Part shown: piece by piece, positions 36,793 to 47,557 of the stretch
How the letters are laid out: each line of letters starts with the position of its first letter
Numbering within the stretch: position 1 is the stretch's first letter
Assembly (NCBI GenBank): GCA_963779905.1
Contig: CAWAAF010000004.1
Location: 43,473 to 107,472, forward strand
Length of the DNA: 64,000 nucleotides
Reading direction: 5' to 3'
Source of the DNA: an uncultured Chloroflexia bacterium
GTDB taxonomy: Bacteria > Chloroflexota > Limnocylindria > Limnocylindrales > CSP1-4
Position numbers and translations under genes: made by a program
Notes under the pieces: generated by a model
What the model was told of the DNA's origin: nothing
What the model saw: only the letters and a program-made list of their open reading frames with translations
Database searches by the model: none

Positions 36793-39411
36793 TCAAGATC
36801 GAGCGCCCCGGCAGAACAGGTCGCCGCGCTCGTGGAGCCGGTCAAAGATGGATCGGATGTCCCACCGGCCAGGGCGCAGCTCCGGATCGTCCAGCTCGTC
36901 CCAGCTGATCGGCGCCGACACCGAGCCGGCCATCACCGGCCGCACGGCGTACGGTGCAACGAGCGTCTTGTTGACGGCATTCTGCGTGTAGTCGAGGCGG
37001 GCCCGACCGCGGCGCGACGTCTTCTCCCACTGCCAGCTGACGAGGTCGGGCAGGGTGGCGCCGACCGCCCGCGAAATGCCTTCGACCCACGCCCGCGTCT
37101 CGTCGAACGTGTAGCGCGGTGTGATCGGGATCCAGATCTGCAGGCCGCGCTTGCCGGTCGTCTTGGGAAAGCCCGCTACGCCGAGGTGGCCGAGGGCGGC
37201 GCGATAGAGCCGCGCCAGCGCCACCACCTGCTCAAATGTGGTGTCAGAGCCGGGGTCGATGTCGACCAGGGCGTAGGTCGGGTTGCGATAGGCGTCCGTG
37301 CGCGAGGTCCAGGGGTGCATGTCGATGGTGGCGTGGTTCGCCAGCCAGGCCATGGTGGCTACCTGGTTGGCGACGATGTAGGTGTGGCTTTCGGACGAGC
37401 GAGCTTCGGGATACTCCCAGCGCTCGATCCAGGGCGGGGCGTAGCTCGGGATCTCTTTCTGCCAGAACGAGTGCCCGGTCACGCCGTCCGGCCAGCGCCA
37501 CAGATTCAGCGCGCGCCCGCGCAGGTAGGGCAGCATCGTCGGCGCGATCGTCGCGTAGTAACGAATGAGGTCGCGCTTGGTGAAGCCAGGCTCCGGAAAG
37601 AGCACCTTGTCCAGGTTGGAGAGGGTCACCGGCCGGCCACCGATCTCCCACACGCCATCCTTGGTCATCGCGTCGAGGGCGGCCAGCTCAGCTTCGGTGG
37701 CTGACTGCGGCAGCCCATTGACCTCCGGCGGCGGCGAGGCCGACGTTGAACCCTTGCTCGGCTTCGGCGACGGCGACTTGGCCAGCTGCTTCTCCGCGGC
37801 TGCAACTGTCCGCGCCGTCGGGACCGTCGATTCGCGGGTGACTTCGCGCGGGTCGCGACCGACATCGATGCCCTTGTAGGCCGGCTGGCGCAGGTAGTTC
37901 TCCGCCGTCCAGTCGGTGAATTCGACGCGGATGACGTATTGCGGCTTGGCCCAGCGGGCGTTCTTGTTGCGCGGCGCACCCACCACCGGCGGCGTCTCAA
38001 CGCGCAGGTTGTCAAGCTCCTGCCGCCAGAAGGTGCGCGAGCGCTGGTCGAAGCCGCTGCCGACCTCGCCCGCGTAGTGCAGCTTGCCGTCCTCGTTGAC
38101 CGCGACCAGCAGTGAACCGAGATCCTTGGCCGCGCGCTGGCCGGGCTCGTAGCCGACGACCACGACCTCCTGCTCGCGACGGACCTTGATCTTCAGCCAG
38201 TAGCGCGAGCGGCGGCCCGGCTCATACAGGCTGTTGCGCAACTTGGCCACCATGCCCTCGAGCTGGCGCTGGCGGACAACCTCCAGGAAGCCGTCGCCGT
38301 CGCCCTCGATGTGGCTGCCATAGCGAACGACGGGATGCTCGCGCAGCACGCTGCGCAGCAGGCGCTTGCGCTGCTCGAGCGGCACACCCAGCAGTGAGCG
38401 ACCGTCGAGGTAGAGCAGGTCGAAGACGTAGTAGACGATGGGCGCCGCCTGCTCGGGCCGGCCGCGCAACGGCCCGGCGCGTGCCTGCAGCAGCTTGAAG
38501 CTCGGATTGCCGTCCTCGTCGAGCGCGACGACCTCACCGTCGACGATCGCGGTCTGCGCGCGTATCCAGGTCGGGGGCGCACTGGCCAGGTCCGGGAAGT
38601 ACGTTCCGGCGTCCTGTTTGTTGCGCGTCCACATGCGCACGCTGCGCCCATCAACGACCGTTTCCAGGCGGTAGCCGTCGAGCTTGACTTCGAATAGCCA
38701 GTCGGGGTCGCTGAAGCCCTTGTCGACCGCCGTCGCTTTCATCGGGTCGATGAAGTCGGGCAGGGGAGCGGATACCGCGCCGGATAGGTCGATGTTGGCC
38801 TCCGCCGCCGGCGCGCTGCTGTCCCACACGGCGTCGGCGCCGGCCTTGACCTCGTCGTTCGTCCGGCCGGTCTTGACCGAGCGCGGCAGGTTGTCCACGT
38901 TCCAGTCGGGATCGGCAAACTCGTCGGCTTTGTGGATGAGCAGCCAGTCGTCCTTGTCCGGATCTGGATCGCGGATCTTGACGATCGTGAAACGGCCCTT
39001 GAGCTTCTCGCCGTTCAGGCTGAACTTGAGTTCACCCTGGTGGACGGCCCGCGCAGGGTTGTCTGTTTCCTCCGGCTCCCAAGTGCCCCAGTCCCAGACG
39101 ATGACGTCGCCGCCGCCGTACTCGCCCTTGGGAATAACGCCCTCGAAGTCGAAATAGGAGACCGGGTGGTCTTCGACATGAACGGCCATGCGGCGATCCT
39201 TGGGATTGAGCGACGGCCCCTTGGGCACAGCCCAGCTGACCAGCACGTCGTTCATCTCGAGGCGGAAGTCGTAGTGCAGGCGAGTGGCGCGGTGACGCTG
39301 GACCACGAAGCGACGATCGCCGCTCGGCGGTCGCGGCCCTGCCGGCTCGTCGCCGCTGGGCTCGGGTGTCTTGGAGAAGTCGCGCTTGCGCCGGTACGTC
39401 TCTAGCGGCAT
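36793..39411 (-). CDS. ligD: ATP-dependent DNA ligase D, three-domain (phosphoesterase - ligase - polymerase/primase), intact 872 aa
   Basis: The PE domain reads RFVVQRHRATRLHYDFRLE...WAVPKGPS. The ligase adenylation motif is FEVKLDGYRLE. The C-terminal LigD-Pol domain reads LSNLDKVLFPEPGFTKRDLIRYY...FPKTTGKRGLQIWIPI...LDYTQNAVNKTLVAPYAVRP. The 2.6-kb ORF is uninterrupted. Confidence 0.92.
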   Translation of the reverse strand: MPLETYRRKRDFSKTPEPSGDEPAGPRPPSGDRRFVVQRHRATRLHYDFRLEMNDVLVSWAVPKGPSLNPKDRRMAVHVEDHPVSYFDFEGVIPKGEYGGGDVIVWDWGTWEPEETDNPARAVHQGELKFSLNGEKLKGRFTIVKIRDPDPDKDDWLLIHKADEFADPDWNVDNLPRSVKTGRTNDEVKAGADAVWDSSAPAAEANIDLSGAVSAPLPDFIDPMKATAVDKGFSDPDWLFEVKLDGYRLETVVDGRSVRMWTRNKQDAGTYFPDLASAPPTWIRAQTAIVDGEVVALDEDGNPSFKLLQARAGPLRGRPEQAAPIVYYVFDLLYLDGRSLLGVPLEQRKRLLRSVLREHPVVRYGSHIEGDGDGFLEVVRQRQLEGMVAKLRNSLYEPGRRSRYWLKIKVRREQEVVVVGYEPGQRAAKDLGSLLVAVNEDGKLHYAGEVGSGFDQRSRTFWRQELDNLRVETPPVVGAPRNKNARWAKPQYVIRVEFTDWTAENYLRQPAYKGIDVGRDPREVTRESTVPTARTVAAAEKQLAKSPSPKPSKGSTSASPPPEVNGLPQSATEAELAALDAMTKDGVWEIGGRPVTLSNLDKVLFPEPGFTKRDLIRYYATIAPTMLPYLRGRALNLWRWPDGVTGHSFWQKEIPSYAPPWIERWEYPEARSSESHTYIVANQVATMAWLANHATIDMHPWTSRTDAYRNPTYALVDIDPGSDTTFEQVVALARLYRAALGHLGVAGFPKTTGKRGLQIWIPITPRYTFDETRAWVEGISRAVGATLPDLVSWQWEKTSRRGRARLDYTQNAVNKTLVAPYAVRPVMAGSVSAPISWDELDDPELRPGRWDIRSIFDRLHERGDLFCRGARS

Positions 39412-39423
39412 GTCCGGGCCAGA

Positions 39424-39768
39424 TTAGAGCGTCGCGAACCAAGGAGACTCACCTGACGGTGGGCCGATCTCCGGAATACCGGGGCCACGGCCGGTGTTCC
39501 GCTCCCCCCGCGACCGGCCGGCGCCGGCGGGGCAGCTCTGAGCCGCACCTACATGTTGTTGTCCTGCGGCTCCGGCATCCGGGTAGACCACGTCGCCCTG
39601 GTCAGTCACGTCGTCGCCGAGGTTGGAGGGGTCGCGGCCGACGCGATCGCTGAGCGGGTCGTCTTCATCGGCCGGCGCATGCGCGGGCGGCAGCATGCCC
39701 GGACCGGAATTGCCTGGAATGATGCTGCCGGGCTCGCCGGCCGGGCCGGTATCAGTGGTGTTATCCAT
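39424..39768 (-). CDS. Hypothetical small acidic, low-complexity protein
   Basis: ORF reads MDNTTDTGPAGEPGSIIPGNSGPGMLPPAHAPADEDDPLSDRVGRDPSNLGDDVTDQGDVVYPD... The C-terminal third looks like out-of-frame junk. An alternative ending ...PEPQDNNM* exists one frame over near 39553. I recognise no family. Confidence 0.3.
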   Translation of the reverse strand: MDNTTDTGPAGEPGSIIPGNSGPGMLPPAHAPADEDDPLSDRVGRDPSNLGDDVTDQGDVVYPDAGAAGQQHVGAAQSCPAGAGRSRGERNTGRGPGIPEIGPPSGESPWFATL

Positions 39769-39836
39769 GGTCCGACTCTAAGATGCGCGGCGGTTACGGC
39801 CGGCGCCCGCCGTGTGAGGTGCCGGTTGCAGTCCCC

Positions 39837-40935
39837 TTACGGAGCTTGGGCCGATTGGGGCACGCCTTCCTGTGGTGTGGCAGGCTCGGCGGGCACCATC
39901 GTCTCGCGCGCCTGCAGCCGCTCGAGGACGGCGAGCAGGACGGCCACGATCGGCACAGCCAGGAGTGCGCCGATGATGCCGCCGACTGCCGCCCCGACGA
40001 GGATCGCGGAAACGACCAGGAAGGGCGGCACGGCCATGGTCCGGCGCATCACCAGCGGTACCAGCACGTTGCCCTCGATGACCTGGATGACGACGTAAAT
40101 GACAGCCACCAGGGCCACTTTTGTCAGATCGCCCGTCATCGCCGCCACCAGCAACGCCGGAATGGCGCCTAGTGCCGGGCCGATCAGCGGAATGACCTCG
40201 AAAAGGGCGGCCAGCACGCCGAGCAGCAGGGCGTTTTCGAGGCCAATAACGAAGTAGGCGACGGACGTCATTGCCCCGACCGAGCCCATCAGGATCAACT
40301 GGGCGCGAACCCACGCCCCCAGTCGGTCCTCGACGTCATTCCACGCTTCTCGCGTGCCCGCGCGGTGGTCGGCCGGCAGGATGGCCAGCACGAAACGTTG
40401 CAGCCGAGCACGCTCCGTCAGCCAGAAGTACACCAAGGTCAAGACAGTCAGCGTTGCGATGGCGGCCTCGGCGACGGTCAGGCCGAAGGCGAGCACCTGC
40501 TCCGGCTGTGGCTGGCTGGGCGGGGCCGTGACAACGCGTTGCGCAGCCCCGATGAGCGCGCCGACGGCCGCCGCGAGGAACGGTGGCTGGAGCTGGGTCG
40601 CCCACTGTTGCGCGCTGTCCAGCACCGGGCCGATACGTGTGCCGAACTGGCCGAGCTGGCCGAGCGCGGACGGCACGATCAGCAGCAGCACGCCGAGCAC
40701 GATCAGGAAGAACAGCGCGTAGACGAAGAGGATGGTTCGCGCCGCGGCCAATCGGTAGGCGCGCCTTTAGCCAGTCGGTTGAGGGCTCGAGCCCGGCCGC
40801 CAGGATCAGAGCCACGAAGATCAGCACGATCACGCGGGCAGCCGAGGCCAGCGTCAGCGCGATCACGAGCACGACTGCGGCGCCCAGCGTGAAGCCGAGG
40901 CCGCGCGCGAACCAGCGATATGTCTCGGCTCTCAA
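39837..40935 (-). pseudogene. AI-2E family transporter, paralogue 3, one slip near 40750-40790
   Basis: The start is MRAETYRWFARGLGFTLGAAVVLVIALTLASAARVIVLIFVALILAAGLEP (ORF 40336..40935). ORF 39837..40751 supplies the body (...LFEVIPLIGPALGAIPALLVAA...LLAVPIVAVLLAVLERL). Confidence 0.8.
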
Positions 40936-41066
40936 GGCGCAGCGCAGTCTGCGTCATGAGGCCCTTTCATTTCGCCGTTGGCGGTCGCGCCCGATCGTGA
41001 CAGCCGCGATCTGTCATGCCGCTGAAATCTCCATTGCAGGCTGGCGCATGGAGAACGGGGCGCACA

Positions 41067-41865
41067 ATGGAGTTCCAGGAGGTGCTTTTGAACAGTCAAC
41101 CGCTCGTACTCGTCGCCGACGACGAGCCACGAATTACCAAGCTTGTGGCCCTGACGCTGCACGACGAGGGCTTCCGCGTCGTGACGGCCAGCGGCGGCGA
41201 AGAGGCACTCAAGAAAGCCGAGGAGGTTCGGCCCGACATCGTCCTGCTGGACATCGTCATGCCCGACCTCGACGGTATCGAGGTCATGCGCCAGCTGCGC
41301 GAGTGGCGCCCGGTGCCGGTCATCCTGCTGACGGCCAAGGGCTCGACCAGCGACAAGGCCAAGGGCCTCGACCTCGGCGCCGACGACTACATCGCCAAGC
41401 CGTTCCACCCGGATGAACTGGCCGCGCGCGTACGCGCCGTGCTTCGCCGGGCGAGTGGCGTTTCGCCGGGCGCCGGCATCGTCGCCTTCGACGACATCGA
41501 GATCGACCTCGAGCGGCGACTGCTGACCAAGGGCGGCGAGCTCGTATCGCTGTCGCCGAACCGAATGGCTGCTGCTGCAGCACCTGGCGGCACACGCCGG
41601 CAAGGTCGTGCTGCATACCGAGTTGTTGACCAAGGTCTGGGGTCCCGAGTACCGCGACGACCTGCAGTACCTGCGCGTCTGGATCAGTCGCGTCAGGCGC
41701 AAGCTCGGCGCGGCGCCCGGCGAGCCGGGACCGATCAAGACATTCCAGGGCATCGGCTACGTGCTCGACGTCGAGGGCAACCTCGGCGAGGCGAGCAACA
41801 GCCAGTCCTCCAACGCCAGCAGCGGCTCTGCCAACAAGCAGCCGATGGAGGCGGTCAGCGCCTAG
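41067..41865 (+). pseudogene. OmpR/KdpE-type response regulator, one slip at about 41562
   Basis: The receiver domain reads LVLVADDEPRITKL...PDIVLLDIVMPDLDGIEV...VILLTAKGS...GADDYIAKPF. The winged helix continues in ORF 41608..41865 (LHTELLTKVWGPEYRDDLQYLRVWISRVRRKL...FQGIGYVL). No kinase gene is adjacent. Confidence 0.85.
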
Positions 41866-41888
41866 CGCTCACGCGACACAAATAGCAA

Positions 41889-41926
41889 GCGGCCCCCGGA
41901 TTTCTCCGGAGGCCGCTCTTTTGTTG
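41889..41926 (+). terminator. Rho-independent terminator after the response-regulator gene (possibly bidirectional)
   Basis: GCGGCCCCCGGA (41889-41900), loop TTTC, TCCGGAGGCCGC (41905-41916). The stem pairs 11 of 12 bp and is followed by TCTTTTGTTG. It lies 24 nt after the stop at 41865. Confidence 0.75.
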
Positions 41927-41949
41927 TCTCGAGTTGCGAAATTGTCCGG

Positions 41950-42354
41950 CTAGGCCGCCGGCGCTGACTTACTCGAGCTGGACCGACGACGACTGGCGGA
42001 CTCGCCACTGGCGGCCGCCTCACGCTCGCGGTTCATCAGGGTGGACAGCATGGCTGCCGCCGGCACCAGCGTCAGCGCGACCAGCAGCCGGCTCGAGCCG
42101 CTGACAAACAGCCCGATGGCCAGGCCGAGCGAGAAGCTGGCGCCGGCCAGCAGGTTGTCGCCCGACATGGAGTCGAGCCGGCGCTGCGTATCGCGGGCGG
42201 CCGACTGGGCGCTGGCCATCGCATCGGGCATGGCCTCGGCGGCCTTGCCGACACCGGCCTTGATGCGTTCCTGGGCGCCGGCCATCATCGCGAACGGCGA
42301 CTGCTGCTCATCGGCCTGGTGGCTGTTGCCGTTGTGGCGGTTTTCGCTTTCCAT
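41950..42354 (-). CDS. Hypothetical small membrane protein (two predicted TM helices), intact
   Basis: 134 aa: a polar N-terminus, then LLAGASFSLGLAIGLFVSG and LLVALTLVPAAAMLSTLM, then a Ser/Arg-rich tail. It sits immediately downstream of the PBP gene on the same strand. Confidence 0.5.
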   Translation of the reverse strand: MESENRHNGNSHQADEQQSPFAMMAGAQERIKAGVGKAAEAMPDAMASAQSAARDTQRRLDSMSGDNLLAGASFSLGLAIGLFVSGSSRLLVALTLVPAAAMLSTLMNREREAAASGESASRRRSSSSKSAPAA

Positions 42355-42377
42355 CTAGTTACCTCCTTGGGCTGGCT

Positions 42378-45150
42378 TCATGGCTTGTGCGTTGGATGGG
42401 GCTTGGGTGTATCCGTCGGGCCTGGCGTCGGGTGTGGGTGTGGTGTCTGGTCGGGCGGTGTCGGTGGCGGTGGCGGTGGCGTGACGCCGGGTGGCAATGT
42501 CGGTGGCGGCGTTGGCGGCGGTGGCGTCACGAAGCAGACCTGAGGCATGATCGTGCCGCCCCAGCTATCGCGATTACGTAAATAAGCGGTGGTTGTACCG
42601 AACTTCGAGCGAACACCTTCGCCGAGGCGGGCTCTCGCCATCCACCCCCGATCGGCATCCAGCCACGTGCTGGGAGCGTTGGGTTCGGCCTGCGTGATGT
42701 CGACGTACCAAACGCCACAGTCCTGGTGATACAGCAGGCCGGGCGGATCGAGCTGGTCCTTGGCTCCGGGCTCGGTGCCGGCGATGAACCACTCGCGCTT
42801 CATCTGCGTCGTCCACGGGCCCGGCGCACCGCCCGACCACGCATCGATGTCGGCCTGCACCAGGCCGGTCGACGGCGGGCTGAAGTCAGCCAGCGGCTGG
42901 CCGTTGCTGTAGTCGCGCATAAAGGCGCGCCAGATCTGGGCCGGACCGGACGAGGCGAAGACGACCTGGTCGTTGCTGGCGGGCGGGCTGTGGTCGCTGT
43001 TGCCCATCCACACGCCGACCATCAGCTGCGGCGCGTTGGGGTCGGCCGGCGGCGGGAGGTAGCCGTAGGCGGACAGGTCGCGCAGGTCGTTGGTGGTACC
43101 GGTCTTGATGGCGGCCGGCCGGCGCTCGCCGGCGGGGCCGTTGTTGATGGCGAACAGCGGGCCGAACTGAGGGTTCTCGACTGGGTCGGTGTTGCCCTTC
43201 AGGATGTCGCTGACCAGGAACGCGGCCTGCGGGCTGATGACCTGCTCGACCTCCGGCTGGCCCGAGTGGTAGATCAGCTCGCCGGCGTTGTCGCGGATCT
43301 CCAGGATGTCGCGCGGCGGCACATAGTCGCCGCCGTTGCCCATCATCGAGAAGGCGGCCGTGTACTGGAGCATGTTGACCTCGACCGTACCGATGGCGCC
43401 GGCGAGGCCAGCCTGCAGGATCTGCCTGGGGCTGCGTGGGTAGGTCAGGTGCACCTTCTGGGCAAGAGAGTCGACGGTGTCGACGCCGACCTTGTCGAGC
43501 ATGCGTACGGCCGTGTCGTTGAGCGAGTAGTACAGCGCGTCGCGCGCCAGGACCGGGCCGCGTTCCTTCAGATCGGCGTCGCGTGGCACCCAGTTGGGCT
43601 CGAACTCGGAGGTGACGTCAAGCAGCAGCGTGCCCGGCGTGATCTTCTTGGCGTCGAAGCCGGCGGCGTATTCAAAGGGCTTCCACGCCGAACCGGGCTG
43701 GCGGAAGCCCTGTCCGGCAACATCGAACTTGGGCTCGAGTTGGGACGAGGACAGGTCGTTGCGGTAATAACCGGCGCTACCGACGTAGGCCAGGATGTCG
43801 CCGGTGCGGGCGTCCATCGCCACCAGGGCAGCGTTGTGGATGTCCTTGCCTCGTAGGAAGGTGAGCCAGTCGCTATCCGGTTGTAAGCCCTGCGCGGCGA
43901 TGGCCGCGTCGAACTCATCCTTCGGTAACTGGGTGTCGATGGCGGCCGCCGTGACGTAGCGCTCGGCCAGGTTCTGCGCCTTCATATCGAGCGAGGTGAT
44001 GATCGAGTAGCCGCCACTGTCGGCGGGCGGCGCGGCCCATCGACGCCAGCAGCGCGTCGAGCTCGGGCTTCATGTGCCAGATGAAGTGCGGCGCGCGCCA
44101 CAGCGTCGGCGCTTCCTGCGCAAGGACGATCGGCTCGTTGAGGGCCTGGTCGAGCTGCTCCGGCGTCAGCGTTGTCCAGTGGCCGTTGCCGTCGGCCAGG
44201 CTGTGCAGGATGAAGTTGCGCCGCGCCACGATGGTGGGCAGCTGTTGGCCCGGCCCGGCGGTCACCGGCACGACCAGCCGGCCGAATGCGTCGGTCTGGG
44301 CAGCCTTGAACAGGTCGTAGTCGGTCGGCGACTGGGGCAGGCCGGCGAGCAACGCGGCCTGCGCCGGCGTCAACTGGTTCAGGTCGGTGATGCCGAAGTA
44401 GACCTGCGCGGCGGCGGCGATGCCGTAGGCGTTGTGGCCGTAATAGATCTGGTTCAGGTACGCCGTGATGATGCGTGCCTTGCCCGCCTCGCCGGGGAAA
44501 GCCGCCGTCAGCCGCGACGACTGGATGATCTCCTTGGCCTTGCGGATGTAGACGTCGCCATCGAGCACGTCCTGCGGCAGCAAGCGGGCACGCACGAACT
44601 GCTGGGTGATGGTCGACCCGCCGCCGCGGTCGCCGCCGCCGGTGGCAAGGGCGACGATGGCCGAAGCAATCGCGTTGGGGTCGTAACCCTCGTTGTCCCA
44701 GAAGCTGCGGTCCTCGACGGCGATCGTCGCGTCGAGTACGAGCTGGGGGATCTCCTCGAACGTCACGACGTGACGGCGCTCGCTCTGGAAGCGCGCCAGC
44801 TCGACCGTGCCGGTGCGGTCGTAGACCACCGACGGCTGGGCGTAGTCGAGCTCCTCGAAGTTGGTTACGTCGGGCAGGCCCTCAGACAGGTAGTCGATGG
44901 TCACCGCGGTCGCACCGGTGGCGGCGGCCACGCCACCGACCACGGCGCCCATGATCACGAGCGCACTGAACAGTGCGACGACAGGCAGGAAGCCCATGCT
45001 GCTGTGCTGCGGACGCGCGCGCAGGCGCAGATAAGCCAGCCGCCGGAGCTGGGCATTGTTGCGCCGGGACAGGCGCGACGAACGAAGGCGTCGCGGTTGG
45101 GCGCGGTATGGCACGGGCAGATTGTCGGCCTTTATTGGCCGAGGCGCCAT
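42378..45150 (-). pseudogene. Class A penicillin-binding protein (transglycosylase + transpeptidase) with Pro-rich C-terminal tail, one slip near 44010-44040
   Basis: GT51 motifs are present: AVEDRSFWDNEGYD, GGSTITQQ, RKAKE (ORF 43915..45150). Transpeptidase motifs are present: GSAWKPF (SxxK), YYSLND (SxN), IKTGTT (KTG) (ORF 42378..43985). The tail reads PPPPTPPPTLPPGVTPPPPPPTPPDQTPHPHPTPGPTDTPKPHPTHKP*. Confidence 0.9.
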
Positions 45151-45193
45151 CCAACGGCAGATTGCGGCCGTACGGACGCCTGCCGGACGCTCA

Positions 45194-46271
45194 TCAGGCA
45201 GCCGCGGCGCGGCTCAGGCGCCGCTTGAGGACTTCGAGCACGACCCGTTCCTCATCGCGCAGATCATGCTCGCCACGGTTGTCGGGCGCCTCGGACCTCG
45301 GGCCGGCCGACCTTGCCGCCGCCTTTGCCAGCGAGCCATCGAGATAGGCGTCGAAGATGTCCGGGTGGATGTATGAGCCGCGGGTAACGGCCGGCGTGTT
45401 GCCCAGCGACCGGGAAACCTCTTTCACCGCCTGCACCATCCGCTTCTTGGTCGGCGTGGGATCGGCGTCTGCCTCGTCCTCGAGCCGGCACAGCGCGCTC
45501 GCCGCGAGCACGGTACCGGCCCATGTCCTGAAGTCCTTGGCCGAGAAGTCTTCGCCCATCGCGTCGCGCAAGTACTCGTTGACATCGTCCGATTCGATCG
45601 GCTGGACGGCGCCGTCCTCGTCGACGTACTGGAATACGCGCTGGCCGGGCAACTCCTGCAGCTGGCGCACGACGCGGGCCAGTCGCCGATCGCGAACGTC
45701 GACCTCGAGCACCTTGCCGGATTTGCCGCGGAACGAGAAGCGAACCTGGGTGCCGTTCACCTGCGACGTGACGGTTGCGCAGCGTGGTCAGCCCGAACGA
45801 TTTGTTGTCGCGCGCGTACTCCTCATTGCCTACGCGCATGAGCGTGGTTTCGAGCAGCCGAACGACGACGGCCAGCATCTTCTGACGCGGCAAGCCGGGC
45901 CGGGCCAGGTCGCGCTCGACGCGCCGGCGTAAGCGCGGCAACGCCCTGGCGAACTCGATCGACCGGCCGTACTTGGCCTCATCGCGGACCGCGCGCCACA
46001 GCGGGTGATAGCGATATTGCTTGCGACCGCGGGCATCGCGGCCGGTGGCCTGTATATGGCCGCGCGGGCTGGGGCAGATCCAGACGTCCGTCCAGGCAGG
46101 CGGGATGGCCAGTGCTCGTATGCGACGGACGGTCTGGCCGTCACGAACCGGCGCGCCGTCCGCATCGCGGTAACCGAAGCCACGGCCGTGACGATGGCGG
46201 GACAGGCCCGGGTCGCCTTCGTTGACGTAGCGCAGGCCGGCGGCGCGCGCTGCGGCGGACGGGTCATCCAT
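45194..46271 (-). pseudogene. Type IB DNA topoisomerase (poxvirus-like bacterial TopIB), one slip near 45760-45790
   Basis: Blocks read GLRYVNEGDPGLSR...IPPAWTDVWICPSPRGHIQATGRDARGRKQYRYH and FSFRGKSGK...SAKDFRTWAGT. The active-site Tyr context is LGNTPAVTRGSYIHP. Confidence 0.85.
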
Positions 46272-46439
46272 GGACCGCGACCGTAAGCGCCCACCCGGTA
46301 GGCATTGCAACTCTGCCGGGCGCCCACGGACCTTGCAGCGGCTTTGCACGCCCGCCGACGGCTGGTCGCGAACGGGTGCAACACGCTGGCTGGCAAGGTC
46401 AGCGCGTTCTTTTGTGGGTTAAACGAGGGCCAATAGCGC

Positions 46440-47557
46440 ATGTCTCTTGCCGGCCAGAAACCAACGACGCCACCGCCCCCGCCGCCTGCCGCCGCCACCC
46501 TCTGCCGCGCAGCCGCCGTCTGCCGCGCCGCCGCCGTCGGCCGCGCCGCCCGCGACCGCGCACCCGGCAGCCCAGGCCGCCCGAACACTTTCCGGTCGAG
46601 CTTGTGAACGTGCGACGCGCCTTCGGTCAGGTGTTGGCCGTCGCCGACGTATCACTGCGCGTACCAGCGGGCACGATCCTGGGCGTCATCGGGCCGTCTG
46701 GATCGGGCAAGACCACGACTATCCGCATGATCCTGGGCATGCTCCGGCCGGACGCCGGCGAGATACGCGTGCTGGGCGAGGAGCCGCGCCACTTCCGGCG
46801 CCGAACACGAGAGCGCATCGGCTACCAGCCGCAATCGTTCGTCATGTACCCCGACCTGACGGCCAAGGAGAACGTCAACTTCGTCGCCGCGACGTTCGGC
46901 CTGCTGTGGCGCAAGCGGCGCGAGCGCGTGCGCGAGGTGATGGAGCTGGTCGGCATGTGGGATCAGCGCGACCGGCGCGCGGGCGACCTGTCGGGCGGCG
47001 AGCAGCGCCGGCTCGAGCTGTGCTGCGCGCTCGTCCACGAACCTTCGCTGCTGGTTCTCGATGAGCCCACGGCGGGTGTCGATCCGCTGCTCCGACAGGC
47101 CATCTGGGACGAGCTCGAGCGGCTGCGCAGCGCTGGCGTGACGATCATCGTCACCACGCAGTACGTAACCGAGGCCGAGTACTGCGATTCGGTTGCGCTG
47201 ATCAGCCGTGGCCAGCTGCTGGCCTATGCGACGCCGGCCGAGGTGCGGCGGCAGGCGCTCGGCGGCGAGCTGGTCGAGGTGGTCACCACGCTGCCGTTCG
47301 ACGCCCGTCAACTGCCCGCCGTCGAGGACGTGAACGAAATTCGGCAGACGTCAGCAGTTCAACTGCTGATCGTGGCCGACGACGCCGCCAGAGCAACGCC
47401 CAAGGTAGTCGACGCAATCACCGAAGCCGGTGGCGAGGTCGAGGCCACGCGCGAGGTGCGGCCCTCCTTCGACGAGGTGTTCGCCACCCTTGTCGGCCGT
47501 CACGAGGACTCGCTCGACGCGCTAGAGGCACAGCGCGCCGCCAAGCCGGCCGCGTGA
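46440..47557 (+). pseudogene. ABC transporter ATP-binding protein with Pro/Ala-rich N-terminal extension, about two slips in the extension
   Basis: GAGGG precedes ATG 46440 (MSLAGQKPTTPPPPPP...). PPSAA-type repeats follow in a second frame. The ATPase body is in ORF 46376..47557: Walker A GVIGPSGSGKTTT, signature LSGGEQRRLELC, Walker B LLVLDEPTAGVD. Confidence 0.8.

Noticed and set aside
36793-39411. ligD as a recent horizontal acquisition, based on its being frameshift-free with a Pseudomonas-type domain order.
   Set aside because: Sequencing errors do not depend on gene history. I cannot measure a compositional difference by eye, and no mobility genes flank it. It is left as a testable point only.
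42400-42540. GGTGGCGGT-type repeats here, and the CCGCCG/TCTGCCGCG repeats at 46470-46570, as a possible CRISPR or VNTR array.
   Set aside because: Units are short, imperfect and without spacers. They are the coding sequence of Pro-rich (PBP tail) and Pro/Ala-rich (ABC N-terminus) low-complexity segments.
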